Below, in pieces: positions 47,201 through 57,462 of a DNA stretch of 64,000 nucleotides (positions are counted from its first letter, which is position 1; each line of letters begins with the position of its first letter). This stretch comes from a virus (lineage: Duplodnaviria; Caudoviricetes). The notes beneath the pieces were generated by a model. It was not told the origin of the DNA and ran no database searches. It saw only the letters and a list, made by a program, of their open reading frames with translations. The stretch is from IMG/VR virus record IMGVR_UViG_3300028591_000082; one strand, given 5' to 3'. The position numbers and the translations under genes are program-made.

Positions 47201-50081
47201 CAAAAAAATGCTTTTGAGAGATATTTGGAATAGAACTTATGAAAGTTTTTCTGAAGATTTGAAGAATAGTTTTATTGCAAATTTACCAGATATTCCAGAA
47301 GATGATCCAAATACACAGATTATTGAATATTATACATCGGAAGAATTGTTCTCAGTATTTTATAAAATGTTTGATGAAAACAAATATGATACTGTAGGTG
47401 ATTTGATTCAATTACTTGAAGATAGTGTATTAAAAGAGCATTATGAGTTATCATCAAAAGAATCTATACTTGAAATAGCTTCATTATTTCAAAATGAATG
47501 GTCTGGATTTGACCAATATTATAATTATACATTACAAAGATTTGAAAATTTAGGAAATAATATTAATGATTTTGTAATTGAAGACGATAACAGAGTTTTA
47601 CATGCTAGAGGTAGATATAATTATAATGAGCATAAAGTAATGGATGATTTTGATGAATATAGTTCTTCAACATTCTTAATGCTTGATTTACTTAAAAATT
47701 TTCATGGAAATAACGGAACAAATAATTCTGATGAATTTTTAAAGGAATACTTTTATGAAGAGCTTTTAAAGAGATATAGAGAAGCATTTGTATCTGATGA
47801 CAACGGAACAAATATAGACTCAGTTGATTTTGGAATATTTAGAGCTCTACCTTCGACAGTTGAAAAACTTAACGGTAAAGGTGGAAAATTTGCCGCTCCT
47901 AAAATGCTCAATTCTCAGTTTATAAATGAAGGTGGAGATAATTATACTTCTACAAAAATACCATTAAAATCAATAGAGTTTATAAGAAATACAGATCCAG
48001 GAAAAAAGATTTATATAAAAATAGGAAATCAAACAATACAAAAAGACTCTACAGATATTATTTTCAAATTTGGCTTGAAAGAATGGTATGTTTCATCAAG
48101 AGAAATATTTGGAATTAATACTGTAAATGATTTTAAAGGTGGATGGCTAAAATATGGTGATGTAAATTTAGCTATAGATGAACTTAGAGAAAACTATTTA
48201 AAGAGTTTTTCACCTACAATAAGTATTCCTAGAGACGCCTTGAATGATAATGGTACAATTTCTAAAACATTATCAGATATGGTAGTGTTTAAAACAGAAA
48301 TAGAAAAAGATTATAGTAATGAATATGAATATCATGCTTATTATGTAAATAATAATGTTAAAACAGAAATTAAGTCTATTGAAGATGGTGTTGTAAAAAT
48401 TTATTATAATGGAAGCTGGGCTGATTATAATGAAGATACAAATACATCTGAAAAACTTAATAAATTAAGAGATATATTTAATAAATCTATAATTGAAATA
48501 AAAATAAATAATTCTTCTAAAAATCCTTATTTAACAAAGAAGCGCTTTAAAGATGTTGATTTTGGAAATATTTATGCTTTAAGTGATTGCCAAATTATTG
48601 GAAGTGGTAGATTTGAATTAAAAAGAGAAAACCCTCAGCTTGATGGAAATGTTGGGTATATAACACTTAAATACTTAAGACATAAATTTAAAGATAATGT
48701 TATTTCTGTTCCAAATAGTATTGACTGGGTAAAAATAAAGAATGGTATAAAAGATGAATATACATCATATTTGGATGATAGAGAAGTAGCATCTAAAACA
48801 GTAAATACATTCTATAAAGATGGTGATGAATATGATGAAGAAAAAATTTCTTCTAAAATAGAATTATTAAAAAATGGTGGAGTAATAAATCTTGAAACTG
48901 GTGAGATTGTAAAAAATCCAACTGTTATAGAAAGTAATATTACAGCAGATGCTCCAGCTGGAGCTCAACGTAAAACTTATAGAATAATAACATCTATAAA
49001 AGATGGTGCAACTGATATTACTTCTAAAGCAAAAAAAATAAATGCAAATCTTAGCGAGTTTGCAGAAAGACTTATTGATAAAAGTGGTGATATAATTTTA
49101 AAATTAAAGAATATTTCTTTAAGTGACGTAAAACAAATAGCACTTGCATTTAATTTAAGTTTTGTTAAAGTTGCTTCTAGTGTAATACGTGTATCATCAT
49201 ATTTTAAATTTAGAATATGTATTAGAAAGCAATTAAATGATTTATTATTAAATGTACTAAATTTAAATAATATACATTCTATTGGTATTTTATTAAGAGT
49301 TTTACAGGATAGTATTGATATAGAATCTAATTTAGATAATATTTATAGAAAAGGAATATATGAAGAATCTGATTTAAATGATATAGATACATCATTTAAT
49401 TACAGAATGATTTGTATAAATAAAAAGCCAAGACTTCTTAGAATTTCTGTAAAGAATGCTGTCAAATATTTAAAACTTTTAATAGGATTGCGTTTTATAG
49501 CTTCACTTATAAATGTTATTAGTAATACATCTTCTAGAATTAGAATTGGACATAAATTTAGTTCTTTATTAGATGCAATAGGAATAAGTTTTACCGCAGT
49601 GCATAGAATTGGACATAAATTTAGTTCTTTATTAGATGCAATAGGAATAAGTTTTACCGCAGTGCATAGAATTGGACATAAATTTGGTTCTTTATTAGAT
49701 GCAATAGAAGCAAGATTATCTGATGCTTATGGCAAAATTGGTAAAAAAATAAGAATAAATAATATAACACTTGTAAATAGCAACCTTTTTAGCATTAGTG
49801 ATGAAGAACAAGTACCAGTAGGTGTTTATAAAATATGCTATGGTCTTGATGCACTTTATTGTATAGATACAATTATAGTTAATGGCTCTTCTTCTGAAGC
49901 TAAAGTATATTATATTGCTAAAGCCTCTAATAATTTTGAAATTGCAACTGGTATTGTACCTAATGGTTTTGAATATTATATTATAGTTACAGAAGAAGAA
50001 TGGACAGCACTATCAGAAGAAGAAAAAAATTCTGGAATGTATATAAAAAAAGTAGAACCAGAACCAGAACCTAACCCTTAA
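44256..50081 (+). CDS. large baseplate protein (gp7/P2 gpI-like N-terminal domain)
   Basis: DYDKIPWDYIVYLTQLLG...IYRVKGTNYSFQLFFNFLG; 1941 aa. Confidence 0.72.
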   Translation: MTFNTPNVDTILETLVCNNALINSLRENGALITKEKLLEEYHISVMKQAVIDANFKNVQAMQDLALLILENEEHIRKESIWQLTAEEFLFKEIREIFGISKAKDNLYQSIFYCYKYCYVSSFFQNNADKFVPQCDIDEIKNNPAADAFLDAMLKEFDKISRLLDETKDYLDYDKIPWDYIVYLTQLLGLEKDYLNIDDTEEAYYRELAKNILDIYRVKGTNYSFQLFFNFLGIEIEIHEFFFDRRYYYSKYPQQNEETGTSDKFSKDFYLTTINPSYNLNPNFSTSEIINLSDFSEQQNLKDFEELVSEYGLEAVLGYSDYDKNGEKYEGKVYKYFKTNYIYYYASSLGNRANLTGKQINSLSKYLDFLTPIFVMRDIKTIAYSISGDSDFIAFNGGGDRKYGALIDGTFEGFQMLDSECWDTVNKDLYTTINDNNEIVYYSKNGQEIKYKNSLPTWNDVDTLTFRQPLDFGYISIFTSRYLGPEKQINDSTNRIQKSCPRRVKFYSYDDGSGRVYKYSTPRRVSLDVSKTDVSTEKINGYSKINSTKGKDDPSTVRNRIEENEYYKEIKYVIDSEGKDVNLLLDGKLSLENSNNISKFEELNKCSWKEYLLPYDIKMLKTTMYSQEVNGTTIGNAGIIYPAELETSAEKILNSFNIVLFTGQKITNPRNEAERYLNSIYVDIGKIRKYLTVGDCFVKLESGKFNVYRCQYANKKVWWLSKLFPDVIDSNNIPHRDSNNNIQLSGNYRNERNFTNALKNFYTICQRGNVDIDRYSHLYKVGGSSGYYYAPTQVYTEIYNEDISKPSGLVRHSDRTKGWYIGKKDDVGKTFFEGINITYSNGNLLENAADNNMRYICFWDRQIGDLIYDEYDGKIYCVCNYGPKGLVEIKFNGTVKKVGNNYRLYEYDEFWKGYDEEADSDDFIAYNNEHIINWNELGIYGYKWHRPTKPFTDRLYDNLDNFKNQFNEKLFEIISDTKGEKSFKKMLLRDIWNRTYESFSEDLKNSFIANLPDIPEDDPNTQIIEYYTSEELFSVFYKMFDENKYDTVGDLIQLLEDSVLKEHYELSSKESILEIASLFQNEWSGFDQYYNYTLQRFENLGNNINDFVIEDDNRVLHARGRYNYNEHKVMDDFDEYSSSTFLMLDLLKNFHGNNGTNNSDEFLKEYFYEELLKRYREAFVSDDNGTNIDSVDFGIFRALPSTVEKLNGKGGKFAAPKMLNSQFINEGGDNYTSTKIPLKSIEFIRNTDPGKKIYIKIGNQTIQKDSTDIIFKFGLKEWYVSSREIFGINTVNDFKGGWLKYGDVNLAIDELRENYLKSFSPTISIPRDALNDNGTISKTLSDMVVFKTEIEKDYSNEYEYHAYYVNNNVKTEIKSIEDGVVKIYYNGSWADYNEDTNTSEKLNKLRDIFNKSIIEIKINNSSKNPYLTKKRFKDVDFGNIYALSDCQIIGSGRFELKRENPQLDGNVGYITLKYLRHKFKDNVISVPNSIDWVKIKNGIKDEYTSYLDDREVASKTVNTFYKDGDEYDEEKISSKIELLKNGGVINLETGEIVKNPTVIESNITADAPAGAQRKTYRIITSIKDGATDITSKAKKINANLSEFAERLIDKSGDIILKLKNISLSDVKQIALAFNLSFVKVASSVIRVSSYFKFRICIRKQLNDLLLNVLNLNNIHSIGILLRVLQDSIDIESNLDNIYRKGIYEESDLNDIDTSFNYRMICINKKPRLLRISVKNAVKYLKLLIGLRFIASLINVISNTSSRIRIGHKFSSLLDAIGISFTAVHRIGHKFSSLLDAIGISFTAVHRIGHKFGSLLDAIEARLSDAYGKIGKKIRINNITLVNSNLFSISDEEQVPVGVYKICYGLDALYCIDTIIVNGSSSEAKVYYIAKASNNFEIATGIVPNGFEYYIIVTEEEWTALSEEEKNSGMYIKKVEPEPEPNP
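49541..49707 (+). repeat. in-frame 63-bp tandem repeat (about 2.6 copies)
   Basis: copies start at 49541, 49604 and 49667 and encode RIGHKFSSLLDAIGISFTAVH. Confidence 0.95.
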
Positions 50082-50114
50082 TCTTAGCAAAGTTAAAATA
50101 AAAGGAGAATAATT

Positions 50115-50582
50115 ATGATTACACAACAAATGGTAACACATATAAAAAATAAATTACAAGAAGTAGCAACTAAAACTGGTAATACTTGGACAGCTGATAG
50201 TGCTGGAAGCCAAGATGGAATTTTTATTGTTCTTGCTGAAGCTGCAAATGGTGGAAATCCTGGTAAAATATTAGCAGTTTCAACAAGACTTCCTAAAGAC
50301 ATTATATCAAGCTCAACTACTACAATTTCAATAGGTAACATTCCATATACAGAAACATTATCTATTGATGCTGGTACTGCTAAAGTTTTTAGAATTGTTA
50401 GCGGAACAACAAGAGCAACAACTAACTCAATTATAAATGATCAAGGTAATGAAGTTCCTAAATACCTTCTTGAAACAAGCACTGCAGTAACATTGTTTGA
50501 AGGTGCATTGTCTGGTAATGGTCAAACAATAGAGCAAAACAATAGCTTTGCGCTTACAAATATACAGATATCATTTACCTAA
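50115..50582 (+). CDS. putative tail/baseplate structural protein
   Basis: 155 aa Thr/Ser-rich beta protein; AGGAG RBS; AAGTTAA at 50090. Confidence 0.6.
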   Translation: MITQQMVTHIKNKLQEVATKTGNTWTADSAGSQDGIFIVLAEAANGGNPGKILAVSTRLPKDIISSSTTTISIGNIPYTETLSIDAGTAKVFRIVSGTTRATTNSIINDQGNEVPKYLLETSTAVTLFEGALSGNGQTIEQNNSFALTNIQISFT

Positions 50583-50595
50583 TGGATAATTAATT

Positions 50596-50787
50596 ATGGA
50601 TTTTTTAAATTCTAAAGTGATTAAAACAGAAAAACAGGAAGTTATAGATAATAATGGAGAAATTACAACTACAGTATTACTACATCTTCCTGGAACAGAT
50701 GAAAACAGGAAGTTGCTTTACTCTGAGGATATTTTAATCCTTGCTAAATCACAAAGAGAGGGTTTAGCAACTCCAATGGAGCTTTAA
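50596..50787 (+). CDS. hypothetical protein
   Basis: 63 aa ORF within the operon. Confidence 0.55.
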   Translation: MDFLNSKVIKTEKQEVIDNNGEITTTVLLHLPGTDENRKLLYSEDILILAKSQREGLATPMEL

Positions 50788-50789
50788 AG

Positions 50790-51968
50790 ATGCTTAAAGA
50801 TTTGTTTAAAATAAAAGAAAAAGAACAAAATAAAGACCCCATAAAGATTTCTATAGCAGATGGCTATGTTGATATAAAAGGGTATAAAGTTCACGAAGAC
50901 GGCACAAAAGAACTTATTTATCATGATACTGGCGATAATGTAGTTACTGACTGGATGAGACATGCTATTATTTCTCTTCTTGGTGGATATATTTATTCAA
51001 AAAGCGGTAACGTAAGTACATTATCAACCTCACCTGGAATTTCGAGACCAATTGTTAGTGGAGATGCAGGCTTTGAAGATGGGAAAAACAAAGATGGTTA
51101 TATAATTAATGGAGCTCAGTTTCTTGATACTGGTGCTAGAACAAGTATAGCTAGTGGTAAAAATGCATTTTCTTCTTCGAATGATACATATATAATGTAC
51201 CCAACAAAAATTCTTTTTGGAACTGGAAAAGAGTATGCTTCTTTTGATGCTCTTTCTGCAGAGAACTCTGTAGTAAACCAAAACTGGTATAATGATATAG
51301 TTGCTGAATATGGTGGAATTCAGAATGCAACATCTATATTTAATACACAAATATCAACAGATACTAATAAGTTTAGTGGAACAATTGCAAACAATAAACA
51401 TTCTGGTATTGGAAAAACAGTACCTTGTAGAACTGTAAATGATCCAGATACTACATCATCTGTAATACCATCATCTGCAACTATGGCTAAAAACTATAAT
51501 GTAGTTGGAGCTATAAAAACAACATATACTGGAGAAGATAACTCAAAATTAATGCCTTCTATTTCAGAGGTTGGTAAACTTTTAAAACCAGAATGGAGAG
51601 GTGTTGGAAGGCCTTGCTTTATATATTTCACACAGCATCTTAATCTTGGTGCTAACCAGTCTGAAATATTCTTATCAAAAGATTCTTCTTCTGACTTTCT
51701 TAATAAAATAACATTTAAAGTAGTTATGCCAGCGCAGAATGCAACAAATGATGCTATTGGAAAATATTATCCATATAATGGATATACACTTAAGCAGATG
51801 GGTCTTTATAATGATGCTTATCTTGACCCTTCTATGGGTAATGATAATCCAGATAGTTACGCCTACACAAATATGTGTTGCGGAATGCTTCTTGCATTAA
51901 AAAATATAACAAGTTTTACAAAAACGGATGATAACGAAATGACAATTACTTGGACACTTACAATATAA
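50790..51968 (+). CDS. baseplate/tail-fibre attachment protein
   Basis: GDNVVTD...LKQMGLY...FTKTDDNEMTITWTL pattern typical of myovirus baseplate/fibre proteins. Confidence 0.6.
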   Translation: MLKDLFKIKEKEQNKDPIKISIADGYVDIKGYKVHEDGTKELIYHDTGDNVVTDWMRHAIISLLGGYIYSKSGNVSTLSTSPGISRPIVSGDAGFEDGKNKDGYIINGAQFLDTGARTSIASGKNAFSSSNDTYIMYPTKILFGTGKEYASFDALSAENSVVNQNWYNDIVAEYGGIQNATSIFNTQISTDTNKFSGTIANNKHSGIGKTVPCRTVNDPDTTSSVIPSSATMAKNYNVVGAIKTTYTGEDNSKLMPSISEVGKLLKPEWRGVGRPCFIYFTQHLNLGANQSEIFLSKDSSSDFLNKITFKVVMPAQNATNDAIGKYYPYNGYTLKQMGLYNDAYLDPSMGNDNPDSYAYTNMCCGMLLALKNITSFTKTDDNEMTITWTLTI

Positions 51969-51971
51969 AAT

Positions 51972-52001
51972 AAAAAAGAGGGTTGGATTTCCAACCCTCT
52001 T
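51972..52001. terminator. hairpin terminator
   Basis: AAGAGGGTTGGA-tt-TCCAACCCTCTT with an upstream A-run. Confidence 0.7.
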
Positions 52002-52042
52002 CCTTTATAAAGTTAAAATTATAAAACTTATAGAGGAAAAGG

Positions 52043-55000
52043 ATGAAAACAGTATCTTATGGTAATGAAATTGACAATGCTGAGATAGCAACTTCAAATC
52101 TTGAGTTGCTTGTAAGTGATGATAAAATAAGTGCTAACAGTATAAATAGAACAATCCAAAATATTTATGAAGATGAAGAATATAGTTATATTTTGTTACA
52201 AAATATTGTAAAAAATATATATGGAAGAGAAAATGGCGTTTTGCCAAATATTTTGGAAGAGTTTAAAAATGTAAGACTTCTTGAAAGCGGTACTGGAAAG
52301 CAATATTTAAGAATTCCATTTGGAGCAATAAACTTATCTCAACCGCACCATAAAGACAATGGAATGTCTCATGGACTTTCATACAGTGGTGAAGAAGGTA
52401 CTGATGAAAAGAAAATAGTAAATACAGAATTTTTAGATGATGGATTTGATACATATACAATAATTAATAAGCCAAGATTAGGGATTGCAAAAAGACAAAT
52501 AGCAGATTTTATAAATCTTGATATTGCTGACCTTGATAATAATATAAAAATTTATGCAAAGAAATTTGATAATAAAGAGCAGCTTGGAAAATCATATGTA
52601 TATAAAATGGTTGCAAGTGAACAAGGTAAAGCAGAACTTGAAACATATGGTATAAATGGTGGTACAAATGCTGATGGTACAGAAAATTCTTCAAATGTGT
52701 TAGATAATCTTACATTCCCATTTGTCGGATATAATGTTTCAATAACAGAAAATACTATTGGTGCGGTTAATTCAGATATTTATGCAGCAAATACAGAAAC
52801 TTCTTATTTCCCAAATAATGCAGAAGATACATCTTGGGTAATTTTATTTAAACGGTTAATGCAGCCAGGTTCTGGGTCAACAGAAGAAGAAAGTAAAAAT
52901 TATCCAATATCTTTTTCTTTCAGAGAGAAAGGTAAAAATAAAGATGAAGATAAAACTTCAGATTATCTTCCAACTATAGATACTTATATAGATATAAGAA
53001 ATTCTTCAACAATAGAAAATCAAATTAACTCAATTGTTTCTGATATAAATACATCATATAAAGATTATTACTATGCAGAAAAAATAGAAGATACATTTAC
53101 TTATTTATCAAATGGTATATCATATAGCGAAAATCATCCTGCTGTAAAAATTGTAAGTAAAATTAATTACACAGATTTAACAAACAATGTTTTGCTTTCA
53201 ATAGATAACAAAGAAACAAGCTATATTGATAGTAACACACAAGATGGATATTATACATCTTCAGGAAGAGAAGAATTCCCAACAAAAACAGTAAAAGCAT
53301 TAGCTCAAGATTATTATTATGATTCTGTTTCTCTTTTAACTGGTATTTTTTCAAAATATAGTTCTTATGTTGTTAATCAAGAATTATCAAAGAAAGAATT
53401 TGCTCTAGAAGAACTTATAGAGCTTCCAGAATTGGAAGAAAGTTATGCTATAGGTGATATATACAAATGTTTTGTTTATCTAAATTCAGATCTTGATAAT
53501 AAAATTGATGATGGATCATCAAGAGAAAACAAGGATATATCTATATCTAAACTTTTTGGTTGTGTTCAAGCAAGAAAAATATCAGAAAATTCAGAAGAAA
53601 GATTTGAGAATTTTAATGAAACTAAAGTTTATACAGACACAATTTCTAAAACTTTAAGAAGTAAACCTATAGCATTGTTCTCATTAAATATAGAATATAT
53701 TAATGGTTTCCCAAAAATAACAGATCAAGAATTATTGTTCCCAATACTTGATCCTAGTAAAATAAACACTCGTGCAGCTGGATTGAATAATCTTTTTGTA
53801 GATACAAATACAAAAATACAAAATCAATTTTATTATAGCGACGAAGGTGTAGTAGAATGGACTCCAGATGCTGGCTCTATTTCAAACGATGAAAATAATT
53901 CCCCAACTGCTTGGAACCCAATTCCAGTAGAGGAAAAAAGAGCTATAAAATCTTGTGTTTCTACAGATAGAGACCAATTTTCAGAAATTGATGATGATGT
54001 AGCAAATAAAGCAGTTGATATCGGTATTGATGATGCTATAGAAACTTTTGCTCCATATATATATAATCACTCACAAGATGGTAACACTCAGGAAGTTATT
54101 GGTAATGATTATGGTAAAAGAATCAAGCTTCTTGGTAGAAAATTAAGAATTGAGCAGCAACAAACATCTGGAAATTATAATGATTTAAATCTTCTTGAAT
54201 TAAAAGCAGAAGGATTACTATTTAAGAGAAATGAAACTACTAAAATAAAGAATTATATAGAACTTAGAGATAACACTTCTGAAATGAAGACAAGAGATAC
54301 TGGTCTTGAACTTTTTGCAGATAAATATATTGGAGATGATGATGTAAGCAATTATTTCAAACTTTATTCAAATAACAACAAGACTTGGATAAAAGGTATA
54401 ACTGGAAGAATAACATTAGCAGCAAACAAATCAGAATCTAATGAAGCAGATGTAACTCTTGAAAATGAAACAACAAATTATTTTGATTTTGAAGCAATTT
54501 ATAATGGTAGTGACAATAGAGACAAAGAACAAACAAATAAAGGCACAAAGTATTTAAAATTACTTGGTAATTTTATAGTAGGTGATTCAAATACAAAATT
54601 TGCTAATGATGTTAGTTATGTATCTGTATTAAATACGGACACATTTATAAAAGGAAAATTCAATGTTTCTGCGTTAAATGATATTGAAAATGTAAATGAT
54701 TGTTCTAGTTTAACTATAGAAAAAGATAAGGTTTATGCTTCTAATTATAATGATTTCTGGTTAAGTGGAAATCTTAAAGGTGAGATAGCAGATACAGGAA
54801 CTGGTGCAGATAACAAAGGAAGATATAGCCTTAGAATAAGAAACAATGAAGGTCTTGAATTTAGAAAAATAGTTAATAATAATACAGACAATAATGAAAA
54901 AAATAATGAAGAAAATAATGAAGAAAATAGCACAAGCAAATTATTCTTGAATGATGATAATGTATTAGCAGAATTTAAGAATAATTATTTAAAGCTTTAT

Positions 55001-56821
55001 GAGCAGCGTTTTGATGTAGATGTAGGGTCTAAAACAAATGTAAACAGTCACACAAAACTTGAAATGAATTATGTGACTGTTGATAATAATGGAGCATCAA
55101 CAGATGTTGGTAAATTTAAAGTATCTATCAATAAATTAGATGCAAATACCGAAGATTATATTTCTCTTGATAGCACTGGAAAATTTAATGTAAGAACAAG
55201 TAATAAAGTAATTGAAGATACACCTAATGTAAAAATTAATACAAATTTAATAGAAATAGGTGCATACGAAGAAGATATAAATATTCTTAATAGTTCTAGC
55301 TCATTTAGAAGCGGAGATGTTAAAGTAAAAGGAAAAGTAAACATAGGTGTTAATAATTCAGAGAATGGAAATCTTTCTGTTTATGGAAAAACTATTCTTG
55401 GATATTATATTGATGATGAAACACAACATAAAATTATTAGTTATTATGGTAAAGAGTACGAAGTAACATCTGATGATGGAGGTATAGTTACACTTACAAA
55501 TATTGATTCATCCGCACCAAATAATGAAAAATTCTTGGATTATAGACTTTATGTTGAAGGTAATACATCTTTGCATAATGATGTGTCTGTGCGTGATAAA
55601 ACAGAATTTTTTGGAAATCTTTCTGTTACTGGTGATACTATTATTAATGGTGGTCTTACTGTAAATAGTGATGTAGAAATTAATAATCTTGAAAGTCTTA
55701 AAAAGATTGTTGATGGTAATGAAGTTGAAACAACTACTGTTATTAACGGAGATCTTACAGTAAATGGTGCAACTAACTTCAATTATAAACTTAATGACGA
55801 TGATACTGTAGATACAAGTGGAACAACTACTGTAAGAAAGAACGTAACATTAACAAATTTTGTTTCAAATGCTACAGTTACAGCAGAAGAAAATCTCAAA
55901 ATTAATGGAGTGTCTACATTTAACTCTGAAAATGGTAATGAAGTTAATGGTTCTACTGTAAATGCTACTACAACTGTTACTAATAATGTAACAATAGAAA
56001 CACTTATTGCTAACGATGTTACAGAAGTAAAATCTAAATTAACACTTAAAGGAAATACGACATTTAATAGCACTAGTGGAGCAACTACAGTAAAAGGTGA
56101 TGCTACATTAAATAATAATCTTATTGCAAATGGGCAAGTAGAAGTAGATAGCGGTGCTATATTATATCTTAAAAGAAATGCTACATTTAATAGTACAAGC
56201 GGAACAACTACTGTAAAAGGTAATGCTACATTAGGATCTCTTAGCGCAAATATTACAAAAGTTGAAAATACAAATGGAGACGCAAGTTTAACAATTGCAA
56301 GAGATGCTACATTTAATAGTGAAAGCGGAACAACTACAGTAAAAGGTGATGCTACAATAACAACTCTTAAAGTAGAAGGTTCATCTGCTGTAACTACTGT
56401 AACTGGTTCATTAAATATAGGACCTAATGCATCATCTGCTACTACAAATAAAACTACTGTTAGTGGTGGAGCAATTACTATAATTGGTAGTAGCGCTACT
56501 ACTGATGCAACTACTATTAGTGGTGGAGCAATTACGACAACTTCTGTTCAAACAAATTCTTCTAAGACAAAGAAAAAGAATATTGTTCATTCTGAAAGAA
56601 ATGCAGTAAAAGCAATTAATGATATAGAGATTGTAGACTTCTTCTATAAGAGTGATGTAAAAGAAGAAAATCAGAAAGTCGGATTTATCGCTGAAGATGT
56701 AGATTCTATATTCTCAACAAATAAAAAAGACTGCATGGATCATTCTAACTGTATTGGTATGCTTCTTAAGGCAGTTCAGGAGCTTTCAAAAGAAATTGAG
56801 GAGCTTAAGAAGCATGCTTAA
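52043..56821 (+). CDS. long tail fibre/spike with C-terminal intramolecular chaperone (peptidase S74)
   Basis: repeats ATFNSTSGTTTVKGDAT; SS..KKKNI...GFIAEDV...LLKAVQELSKEIEELK. Confidence 0.88.
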   Translation: MKTVSYGNEIDNAEIATSNLELLVSDDKISANSINRTIQNIYEDEEYSYILLQNIVKNIYGRENGVLPNILEEFKNVRLLESGTGKQYLRIPFGAINLSQPHHKDNGMSHGLSYSGEEGTDEKKIVNTEFLDDGFDTYTIINKPRLGIAKRQIADFINLDIADLDNNIKIYAKKFDNKEQLGKSYVYKMVASEQGKAELETYGINGGTNADGTENSSNVLDNLTFPFVGYNVSITENTIGAVNSDIYAANTETSYFPNNAEDTSWVILFKRLMQPGSGSTEEESKNYPISFSFREKGKNKDEDKTSDYLPTIDTYIDIRNSSTIENQINSIVSDINTSYKDYYYAEKIEDTFTYLSNGISYSENHPAVKIVSKINYTDLTNNVLLSIDNKETSYIDSNTQDGYYTSSGREEFPTKTVKALAQDYYYDSVSLLTGIFSKYSSYVVNQELSKKEFALEELIELPELEESYAIGDIYKCFVYLNSDLDNKIDDGSSRENKDISISKLFGCVQARKISENSEERFENFNETKVYTDTISKTLRSKPIALFSLNIEYINGFPKITDQELLFPILDPSKINTRAAGLNNLFVDTNTKIQNQFYYSDEGVVEWTPDAGSISNDENNSPTAWNPIPVEEKRAIKSCVSTDRDQFSEIDDDVANKAVDIGIDDAIETFAPYIYNHSQDGNTQEVIGNDYGKRIKLLGRKLRIEQQQTSGNYNDLNLLELKAEGLLFKRNETTKIKNYIELRDNTSEMKTRDTGLELFADKYIGDDDVSNYFKLYSNNNKTWIKGITGRITLAANKSESNEADVTLENETTNYFDFEAIYNGSDNRDKEQTNKGTKYLKLLGNFIVGDSNTKFANDVSYVSVLNTDTFIKGKFNVSALNDIENVNDCSSLTIEKDKVYASNYNDFWLSGNLKGEIADTGTGADNKGRYSLRIRNNEGLEFRKIVNNNTDNNEKNNEENNEENSTSKLFLNDDNVLAEFKNNYLKLYEQRFDVDVGSKTNVNSHTKLEMNYVTVDNNGASTDVGKFKVSINKLDANTEDYISLDSTGKFNVRTSNKVIEDTPNVKINTNLIEIGAYEEDINILNSSSSFRSGDVKVKGKVNIGVNNSENGNLSVYGKTILGYYIDDETQHKIISYYGKEYEVTSDDGGIVTLTNIDSSAPNNEKFLDYRLYVEGNTSLHNDVSVRDKTEFFGNLSVTGDTIINGGLTVNSDVEINNLESLKKIVDGNEVETTTVINGDLTVNGATNFNYKLNDDDTVDTSGTTTVRKNVTLTNFVSNATVTAEENLKINGVSTFNSENGNEVNGSTVNATTTVTNNVTIETLIANDVTEVKSKLTLKGNTTFNSTSGATTVKGDATLNNNLIANGQVEVDSGAILYLKRNATFNSTSGTTTVKGNATLGSLSANITKVENTNGDASLTIARDATFNSESGTTTVKGDATITTLKVEGSSAVTTVTGSLNIGPNASSATTNKTTVSGGAITIIGSSATTDATTISGGAITTTSVQTNSSKTKKKNIVHSERNAVKAINDIEIVDFFYKSDVKEENQKVGFIAEDVDSIFSTNKKDCMDHSNCIGMLLKAVQELSKEIEELKKHA

Positions 56822-57444
56822 AATTACGGGGGGGGGGCAGTAACAATGCTCACAGTTTAGATGTTGGTAAAAATGGAGAACTGCAATATGATGGGCAATC
56901 AATTATAAAAGTTATTGCTGACTCAATATATCCAATTGGTAGTTTGTATTGGTCTACAAACAGTACAAATCCAAAAACTTTTTTGCCTGGAACAGATTGG
57001 GAACAAATAAAAGATTGTTTTATTTGGGCAAAAGGAGATCAGACAAATTTACCATCTGGAGAAATGTATCATACTTTAACAATAGATGAGCTTCCAGAAC
57101 ATAGTCATAAAAACAGTTTAAATAGTGGTAGTGCATCATTAAGTAACAATAGTATAAATTTTAATCTTGAAACAAGAGATACATCTAGTAGCCATGGACA
57201 AGTATCACATTTAAATTCATCTACTGGAAGTATTAAGACAACTACTGGTGAAAAATGGCAAATGATAGCAGTTTCTGCTGGAACGTCTCATCATAATATA
57301 ACTAATTTTGATCAAACAATATATATTGATTATACAGATCCTACAATAAATAATAGTCAACAGATAAATAATAAAATTAAAAATGATGATATACCAATTA
57401 TGCCTCCATATTTACAAGCTTATTGTTGGAAAAGAATAAGTTAA
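56814..57444 (+). pseudogene. gp10-C/tail-collar-like baseplate or fibre protein, frameshifted at a G10 tract
   Basis: GAGGAG RBS, ATG at 56814, G10 at 56828-56837; removing one G gives MLKITGGGSNN...IYPIGSLYWSTNSTNP...WEQI...HTLTIDELPEH...MPPY...YCWKRIS. Confidence 0.8.
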
Positions 57445-57462
57445 AAATATAAGGAAACTAAA

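Noticed and set aside
49541..49707. CRISPR array
   Set aside because: Contiguous in-frame tandem repeats with no unique spacers and no cas genes
52043..57444. Diversity-generating retroelement targeting the fibre genes
   Set aside because: No reverse transcriptase and no template/variable repeat pair with adenine-specific mismatches seen in the window
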